Origin: Phycisphaerales bacterium
Lineage (GTDB): Bacteria; Planctomycetota; Phycisphaerae; Phycisphaerales; UBA1924
Direction: 5' to 3'
DNA: 64,000 bases
NCBI GenBank assembly: GCA_038231815.1
Contig: JBBRKQ010000007.1
Coordinates: 1,683 to 65,682, forward strand
This document shows, piece by piece, positions 57,989 to 64,000 of this stretch. The notes beneath the pieces are model-generated. The model had not been told where the DNA came from, ran no database searches, and worked only from the letters and a program-made list of their open reading frames with translations. The position numbers and the translations under genes were made by a program. The number at the start of each line of letters is the position of its first letter. The first letter of the stretch is position 1.

Positions 57989-59044
57989 ATGCCAAACGGT
58001 GGAAGCGACTGCTGCGGGACGTGCTGGTTCAATCGCAAAAACGAGGGAAAGCCAGGCTACAGCGATCAAGAGAAGCCCGAGATGCCGCACTGCACAATCA
58101 GGCATCTCGATGTCCCAAATCCGTTCTACACATACTGCGCCAACCACCCGCACAAGAACCCCCAGCGGCTTGAGATTCCCATCGGTCCGGTGTATGCGGG
58201 GGACTCAATGGGTAACCGAGAGGTCATCCATCCCTTGGCAGACACAGAGGAACACCGCCTCGGTCATATCCAGCTTCTCGCGCAAATTCCCGAGCAGCCT
58301 TCGCAGGAGTATCCGGCGGGAATGAGCCTTGATTTATCGGTGATATTGCAACTGCTTGAATGGAAAGAGCAGCGAGCCCTTCCCGGGCTGGATCGCATTG
58401 CAGCGTTCAATCCGACCGCCGCGGCCGCGGCGATTGAAGCATCTCCATTTGTTCGCGATCAGCGGAAGCTGATCCGCGTTGCGCATGTCGCGATGGCTTC
58501 GCTCCGCGGAGAACCAATTCCTGAAGACCTCACCGAAGCGGTTGGACTTTGCCTGTTTTGCAGTGCACGGGTCAAAGTTGCACCCCCGGTTAAAGGGCAC
58601 CTTGTCGAGTGCGATCAGTGCCACGGCGTGCTGGTTGCGGGGCACGGCTGCGTGCTGGGCGGCTTTGAATCGCAGTACCGAGAGCAGTTTGGACCATCGT
58701 TGCAGTACCCGACGCAGCCGCCGCCCTGCGTCTTGCCGGGACTAGAGCCCGGCAAGGTCGGCCGCAAGCAGATTCCGTTCCAGTGCATCTTCTGCAAGGT
58801 AAACCTGCTGGATCCTGTACCTGGCGTTGTTCGCCGGGTAATGTGTCCTGGGTGCGACCAGTGGCTGTCTCCGGAAGAAACTCGCATGCTTACGCCGGGA
58901 TACTGGCGACAATCTAAGCCAATGACCCCGAGAGGGCAAAAGACTCCGATAGGGCTAGTCGGGTTTCTCATCGGAATCGCGATCGTGATCGTCATCTTCA
59001 CAGTCACGCTGATCATCGCAACAATTTACTACGGGCGGCCGTAA
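57989..59044 (+). CDS. Cys-rich (multiple zinc-ribbon-like) tail-anchored membrane protein, hypothetical
   Basis: SDCCGTCWF..HCTIRH..YCANHPH at the N-terminus. The CxxC pairs are CLFCSARV/CDQCHG and CIFCKVNL/CPGCDQW. The C-terminal TM is IGLVGFLIGIAIVIVIFTVTLIIATIYY. Confidence 0.7.
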   Translation: MPNGGSDCCGTCWFNRKNEGKPGYSDQEKPEMPHCTIRHLDVPNPFYTYCANHPHKNPQRLEIPIGPVYAGDSMGNREVIHPLADTEEHRLGHIQLLAQIPEQPSQEYPAGMSLDLSVILQLLEWKEQRALPGLDRIAAFNPTAAAAAIEASPFVRDQRKLIRVAHVAMASLRGEPIPEDLTEAVGLCLFCSARVKVAPPVKGHLVECDQCHGVLVAGHGCVLGGFESQYREQFGPSLQYPTQPPPCVLPGLEPGKVGRKQIPFQCIFCKVNLLDPVPGVVRRVMCPGCDQWLSPEETRMLTPGYWRQSKPMTPRGQKTPIGLVGFLIGIAIVIVIFTVTLIIATIYYGRP

Positions 59045-59101
59045 CACCGCTTCGCTTCACGAACCGCCGCCCGCTGCCGCCAGAATCCCAGATCACAGTG
59101 G

Positions 59102-60505
59102 TTGCCCAGATTTGGTCCGAGCCAGCGCAGCGTAGCAACTGCACCGATCCGAACTGAATCCTCCGGCAGGACGGGATGCATCAGAAACCAAAAACGCAGG
59201 GCGGCTCTTTTTCTGCTCCTGCAGTGCCCACTGCTTCACCGCTCTCTTGCCTGCCGTCTCGGCTGCCACCAACTTACTACACTCACTAACCATTCTGGCG
59301 TTCTGCTGGGGTGTTGTAAACCGCCACCCGTGCCAAACTCTGGAACCATCCCGGTCATCATCGCCACCGGCAAGCCGCCCCGGCTGGCTGTGTTTTTGCC
59401 CAGTTGGCTCGGCGATACGGTGATGGCCACCCCAACACTGCGCCTGCTGCGTGAGCACCTGCCCACATCAACCATCGTCGGCCTCACACGCCCCGGGATG
59501 GATGAACTTCTGGCGGGGCTTGAATGGCTTGATGATGTCATCGTCGCAGACCGTACCGCTCTGCTCGGCCCGGCAAAGACCGCCTCCCGGCTCACCACGT
59601 TCAAGTTTGATGCAGCGCTGCTGATGCCGAACAGCTTTTCATCGGCGATGACCGCACGGCTAGCCGGTATTCCAACCCGCATCGGATACGACCGCGACGG
59701 CCGCGGCATGCTGCTGACGCACAAGCTTCTGGCCCCAATCCGGCCGCCCCCGCAAAACGGTTGGGCACCAGTCTCCGCCGTTGACTATTACTTTGCCCTA
59801 GGCCAGAAAATGCTGGCAACCTTGGGTGTCGCCCTTCAGCCGGGTTCGGCATCACCCGGCCCGCTTGAGCTTGCCTGCACGCCCAGTCAGGCCGCAGCGG
59901 GTGAAGAAGTTCTGACCCGCGCTGGCGTTGCACCGCAAACCCCATTCTGCATCCTAAACCCCGGTGGCAACAACCCCGCCAAGCGCTGGCCGGTTGAGCG
60001 GTTTGTGGCGCTTGCACACCACTTGGTGACGATACATCGCATGCGGGTGCTCATCAACGGCTCGCCCGCAGAAGCGCCACTGGCCGGACTGATTCGCCAC
60101 GTCATCGCGCTCAACCACCCCGGCGATGAGTTGATGGTCGCCTGCCTGCCCGAACTTGGAATCAAGATCGGCTCACTCAAGCGCGTCGTGCAACGGTCCC
60201 GACTGTTAGTCACCAACGATACCGGACCCCGCCACATCGCCGCGGCGTTCGGAGTGCCGTGTATAACGATGTACGGGCCGACAGACCCGCGCTGGACCAC
60301 CCTGCCCATGCGTGATGGTCAGCCCGCAGAAGTAACGCTTGTTGCCGACCCCGACTTGCCGCCAGACCTAGTCGCCGATGAATACCCGGACCGATGCCGG
60401 ATCGATCGCATCAGCACCGAGACCGTGCTGAGTGCTGTTGACACCGCACTAGCCGGTGCGCAGGTCGCAAGCCGCCAGTCGGCAGTCGCCAGTCAAGGGC
60501 AGTAG
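59102..60505 (+). CDS. Glycosyltransferase family 9 (LPS heptosyltransferase-like)
   Basis: LPSWLGDTVMATPTLRLL, LLMPNSFSSAMTARLAGIPTRIGY, NPGGNNPAKRWP and LVTNDTGPRHIAAAFGVPCITMYGPTDP. The true start is probably later, for example GTG at 59330. Confidence 0.85.
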   Translation: MPRFGPSQRSVATAPIRTESSGRTGCIRNQKRRAALFLLLQCPLLHRSLACRLGCHQLTTLTNHSGVLLGCCKPPPVPNSGTIPVIIATGKPPRLAVFLPSWLGDTVMATPTLRLLREHLPTSTIVGLTRPGMDELLAGLEWLDDVIVADRTALLGPAKTASRLTTFKFDAALLMPNSFSSAMTARLAGIPTRIGYDRDGRGMLLTHKLLAPIRPPPQNGWAPVSAVDYYFALGQKMLATLGVALQPGSASPGPLELACTPSQAAAGEEVLTRAGVAPQTPFCILNPGGNNPAKRWPVERFVALAHHLVTIHRMRVLINGSPAEAPLAGLIRHVIALNHPGDELMVACLPELGIKIGSLKRVVQRSRLLVTNDTGPRHIAAAFGVPCITMYGPTDPRWTTLPMRDGQPAEVTLVADPDLPPDLVADEYPDRCRIDRISTETVLSAVDTALAGAQVASRQSAVASQGQ

Positions 60506-60612
60506 TCGGAAGTCCAGTACCGTACATAACTCCCGCAGCGTGCGCACACCCGCTGCCCCTATGCCGCTATGACTTCTTGCGTAACCACTCGCGGCTGCGT
60601 CCGTGCGACTCC

Positions 60613-61764
60613 TTACGCCTTCCCGCCGTCCATCGCAATAGTCGTGGGATAGGCGAACGAAATACCCGATTCTGCAAACCGCTCCAACAACTCAAGGTTA
60701 AGTGCCTCTTGCGCGACCACATGCGTGCGAAAATCTGGCGTCTTGACGAAGTACACCACCTCGTAAACCACCGCCCAATCCCCCAATGTGCGCAGGTTGC
60801 AGCGTTCAAATCGCACCAGCGTGTGTGGCAGCAATGCCGCCTGCACGATCGCGGGAATCTGCCGCAATTTTTCCGGCGGCGTCGAATAGCGGATATTCAG
60901 GTTAAACGCCACCCGCCGCTCATCCATCCGCTTGAAGTTCTGCAGCACGCCCTTGAGCAGGTCGTTGTTGGCAAACACAAGCTGCTCGCCGCCCGTTGCC
61001 CGAACGCGAGTCGTCTTGATACCAATTCGCTCCACCGTACCCGCCTGCGTGCCCACCTGGATGTTGTCCCCAACGACAAAGGGCTTGTCCAGCAAAATGG
61101 CTAGTGACGCCAGCAAGTCACCCAGCACATTCTGCACCGCCAAGGCCACGGCGATACCGCCGATAACAAGCCCAGTCAGCAGCGGCGTGACCGCGATGCC
61201 CATGTTGTCCAGTGCCAAAATCAGCACCACCGCACCGATGACGATCATCCCCACAAACCGCAGCACACCGAGCGAACTTGCCACACTCGGATCTGGCTTG
61301 CCGTCGGGCCCCAGTGATCGCCGGATCAGCATCTGAAGCGCAAAGTCAATCACCAGCCGCGATGAGATGAGCAGTTGCAGGCCTATGGCAACAACAGTCG
61401 CAATCGTGACGATTTTGTCTGCTTGTGTCGGCAGGCTCAAAAATCGGGTGCCGATCACCACTGCCAAAATCGACAGCAGCGGCAAACGAAGATCGCCGAT
61501 CAGTTCGGCCAGCAGATCGTCAAGCTGTGTTGTCGTGCGCTGGGCCAGCGCCCGCAGCCGCGCCGCCAGCATGGACTTGACCAGCCACGCAATCACCAGC
61601 ACGCCCAGCGTAACCGCCCCGGCAATCGTCCACGCCTGCAGCGTGCTGCCCAAATACAAATCCTTGTCCCAGATTCGTTCGGCGGTTGCTACCAGTCCCG
61701 AACCAGTTGGCAGGGCAGAGGTATTGAGCGAAGCGGCGGCGGACTTTACGGCAGGAGTAGACAT
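60613..61764 (-). CDS. MscS-family mechanosensitive channel
   Basis: LLTGLVIGGIAVALAVQNVLGDLLASLAILLDKPFVVGDNIQVGTQAGTVERIGIKTTRVR. I chose the internal Met (MSTPAVKS) as the start. Confidence 0.88.
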   Translation of the reverse strand: MSTPAVKSAAASLNTSALPTGSGLVATAERIWDKDLYLGSTLQAWTIAGAVTLGVLVIAWLVKSMLAARLRALAQRTTTQLDDLLAELIGDLRLPLLSILAVVIGTRFLSLPTQADKIVTIATVVAIGLQLLISSRLVIDFALQMLIRRSLGPDGKPDPSVASSLGVLRFVGMIVIGAVVLILALDNMGIAVTPLLTGLVIGGIAVALAVQNVLGDLLASLAILLDKPFVVGDNIQVGTQAGTVERIGIKTTRVRATGGEQLVFANNDLLKGVLQNFKRMDERRVAFNLNIRYSTPPEKLRQIPAIVQAALLPHTLVRFERCNLRTLGDWAVVYEVVYFVKTPDFRTHVVAQEALNLELLERFAESGISFAYPTTIAMDGGKA

Positions 61765-62067
61765 ACTGAAATTCGGAACAAGGGCCAAAAACCCGACGCG
61801 GACAGACACGATGCCACGAACCAAAAGAACGCAACAGAAGCCGCACAACACAGAAAGTGAGCCAAGAACAGGGCACGCACTGCATCTGAATCCTTGCCTA
61901 AGGCACGGGATGCCTCCGCCCCAGCTTTTCTGCCCTTTATCTTAGTAACCTAGCCCACCGCTGAATTGATTGAAATAACCCCGCCCCCCCCGTTGGAAAC
62001 CGACCCGGCGAACTCAGGTTATTGCCCCTGCGACCGGATGCGTTCTGGGCTGTAGAATTACCCACGT

Positions 62068-63264
62068 ATGTCTCGCGCCGCTTCTCTCCAGCCATTCCTG
62101 TTTTCCGCCACCCGCCAAACCGGGGGGCGATTGTTCGGCCTTCGGGATGCCCGCAGCAAAGCCGCCTTGGCTGATGCGCTCCGACGCGAGAAGCTCACGC
62201 TCGCGTCCGCCTATGCCTTGCCCAAAGCCTTGGCTCGCAGTGGCAAAATCAAGCCCTCAGACAACCTTGTGCTTAACGAACAGCTCGCCCAGCTCCTCTC
62301 CCGTGGCGTGCCGCTGGTCGAGGCCTTGGAGGTTGTCGCTGAAACGGTAACGCCAGGTGCGCGGGCAACTGTCATTAAAATGCGTGAGATGGTGGCCGCC
62401 GGCACCAGCTTCTCTGATTGCTGCCGCGAGATGGGTGCGTTTGATACCGTCACCGTGGCCGTATACAAAGCCGCTGAGCGCTCAGGCGACTTGGCCGGCG
62501 CTGCCAAACAAATCGCCATTACCACACGCCGCACGCTCACCGTCGCCGGCCGTGCAGTCACGCTGATGGTGTATCCCATCATCGTCATGACTATCTCGGT
62601 CATCGTGGCCTTCGGCATGCTCACGCTGGTAGTGCCCAAGCTCGGCCCCGCACTCAAAGAGATGAACGCGGAACTGCCTTGGTTCAGCCTCGCGGTCATC
62701 AACCTTGGCACGTTCATGGCTGGCAATATTCTGGTCATCCTCACCCTCGTGTTCTGCGGGGTGTGCGCACTGATCTACTTCCGAAAGCAAATCGGTCGCG
62801 GCGTCATCATCACCGCCCGCCGCACCCCCCTGCTGCGAGATGTCCTGACCACGCAAGAGGCGGTGCGGTTCTTCAGCGTGATGGCCGCCATGAGCCGCAG
62901 CGGTGTGCCACTGGCCGATGCCATGGGCACCGCCAACCAAACCATCACCCACCCGGCGATGCGCAAACAAATGGAGCGGCTCCGAACTCGCCTGATCGAG
63001 GGTGGCCAGTGGCGAACGCTGGTCGAAGAGGTGAGCACCCTGCCCGTAGCCACCCGCAAACTGCTCATCGCCGCGGAACGCTCCGGCGACTTGGAAGCCG
63101 CCTTTAACTCGCTTGCGTTGGACATGACCGAGGAACTCGATCGCCGCAGCAGCCGGTTCTTGGCGGTAATGCAGCCACTCATGGTTGTTATCATGTTCCT
63201 GCTCATCGGCACGCTGCTGATGGCGCTGCTGATCCCCCTGATTACCATGGGCACCGGACGCTGA
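62068..63264 (+). CDS. Type II secretion / type IV pilus platform protein (GspF/PilC family)
   Basis: Two T2SSF repeats (LNEQLAQLLSRGVPLVEALEVV and FFSVMAAMSRSGVPLADAMG) and three TM segments. Confidence 0.88.
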   Translation: MSRAASLQPFLFSATRQTGGRLFGLRDARSKAALADALRREKLTLASAYALPKALARSGKIKPSDNLVLNEQLAQLLSRGVPLVEALEVVAETVTPGARATVIKMREMVAAGTSFSDCCREMGAFDTVTVAVYKAAERSGDLAGAAKQIAITTRRTLTVAGRAVTLMVYPIIVMTISVIVAFGMLTLVVPKLGPALKEMNAELPWFSLAVINLGTFMAGNILVILTLVFCGVCALIYFRKQIGRGVIITARRTPLLRDVLTTQEAVRFFSVMAAMSRSGVPLADAMGTANQTITHPAMRKQMERLRTRLIEGGQWRTLVEEVSTLPVATRKLLIAAERSGDLEAAFNSLALDMTEELDRRSSRFLAVMQPLMVVIMFLLIGTLLMALLIPLITMGTGR

Positions 63265-63413
63265 TCGCAGCTGAGAAGCTCGCAAACTGCGTCAGCTCAA
63301 CCTTTCAAGTGGCCAGCGAGTCAAAGCAAAGAAGCCAAACACCGGCGCACAAAGATGTCGCGTTTTGGGCATTTACTGGCCTTTGGCATCCGGCAGTGGC
63401 ATACTTGCTTCCG

Positions 63414-64000
63414 ATGACCGCCCGCCCCGCCCAGATTGATACGCCCGCGACCAGCTCCATGCTGAGCACGGTGCTGCCCGCGCTCCTGCTGCTGTCCGCC
63501 ATCGCCGCCCTCCGTCTGGTCTACCTCCTCTGGTTCTCGCCATACAGCCTGGCGGAGGACGAAGCCTTTTACTGGGAGTGGGCCCAGCAACTTGCGTGGT
63601 CGTACAACACCAAAGGCCCCGGAATTGCCTGGGCTATGTGGCTTTCCACCGGCTTACTAGGCGACACGGTCTTCGCCGTGCGCACAATCGCGGTCCTCAG
63701 CTCATTCATCGGCGCTCTGGCCGTAGCCTGCCTCACAGCAGACCTCACACGCGGCAATCGCTGGGCGGCCCTCCTCGCCGCGGCGTGCTACAACCTCATG
63801 CCCGGCTTCATCGCCACCTCACTGCTTTCCACGATTGATGGCCCGTACTTGGCCTGCTGGGCCTTGGCCTGCTGGGTGGCAGCGCGAGCACTCGTCGGCG
63901 GCTCGCGACTTGCTTGGATTCTGATGGGCGTGGTGCTGGGCGTTGGCTTTCTATTTAAGTACACCATCCTGCTGCTTCCGCTGGGCTTGGCTGTTTTTGC
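63414..64000 (+). CDS. GT39/GT83 (ArnT/PMT-like) membrane glycosyltransferase, 5' part (runs off the window)
   Basis: The frame is open from ATG 63414 to the window end. It translates to ..YSLAEDEAFYWEWAQQLAWSYNTKGPGIAWAMW..AVRTIAVLSSF..DGPYLACWALA..FLFKYTILLLP. It is absent from the ORF track because there is no stop. Confidence 0.75.
   Translation, partial: MTARPAQIDTPATSSMLSTVLPALLLLSAIAALRLVYLLWFSPYSLAEDEAFYWEWAQQLAWSYNTKGPGIAWAMWLSTGLLGDTVFAVRTIAVLSSFIGALAVACLTADLTRGNRWAALLAAACYNLMPGFIATSLLSTIDGPYLACWALACWVAARALVGGSRLAWILMGVVLGVGFLFKYTILLLPLGLAVF

Overview
High-GC (by eye about 60%) bacterial chromosomal window. I could support about 50 protein-coding genes. I found no rRNA, tRNA, CRISPR array, integrase or transposase. 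The gene content, an mraZ with no cell-division cluster behind it, and the many Pro/Ala/Gly low-complexity tails suggest a Planctomycetota (Phycisphaerae-like) organism; that assignment is inference only.

Housekeeping genes recognised from protein motifs:
- rnc, rpmH, miaB, mraZ, trmD, rpsP, a solitary atpA, sdhCAB and an mqnB-like nucleosidase.
- A YraN-PPIase pair, an ECF sigma / DUF4349 / GH127 module, a rhomboid protease and a beta-lactamase-fold hydrolase.
- An MscS channel, a GT9 heptosyltransferase, a GspF/PilC-like protein and a partial GT39/GT83 glycosyltransferase at the 3' edge.

The most distinctive content is a dispersed and partly tandem family of secreted proteins (five intact genes and one decayed pseudogene).
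- Their unrelated passenger domains all end in the same ~75-aa module. The passengers are choice-of-anchor-L-like, propeller plus PPC-like plus Ig-like, HAF repeats plus five Ig-like modules, and LamG plus Ig-like.
- The module is Cys-bracketed, looks like a double EF-hand/dockerin, and terminates exactly in Gly-Cys-stop.
- Two ~2.9-kb members form a tandem array with a degraded third copy and share a conserved ~370-nt leader.
- A membrane-anchored protein with a dockerin-like loop and a cohesin-like C-terminal beta domain lies divergently next to one family member. I flag it as a speculative receptor candidate.

All coordinates, motif calls and the hand alignment come from reading the sequence and the ORF track. 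No database search was run.
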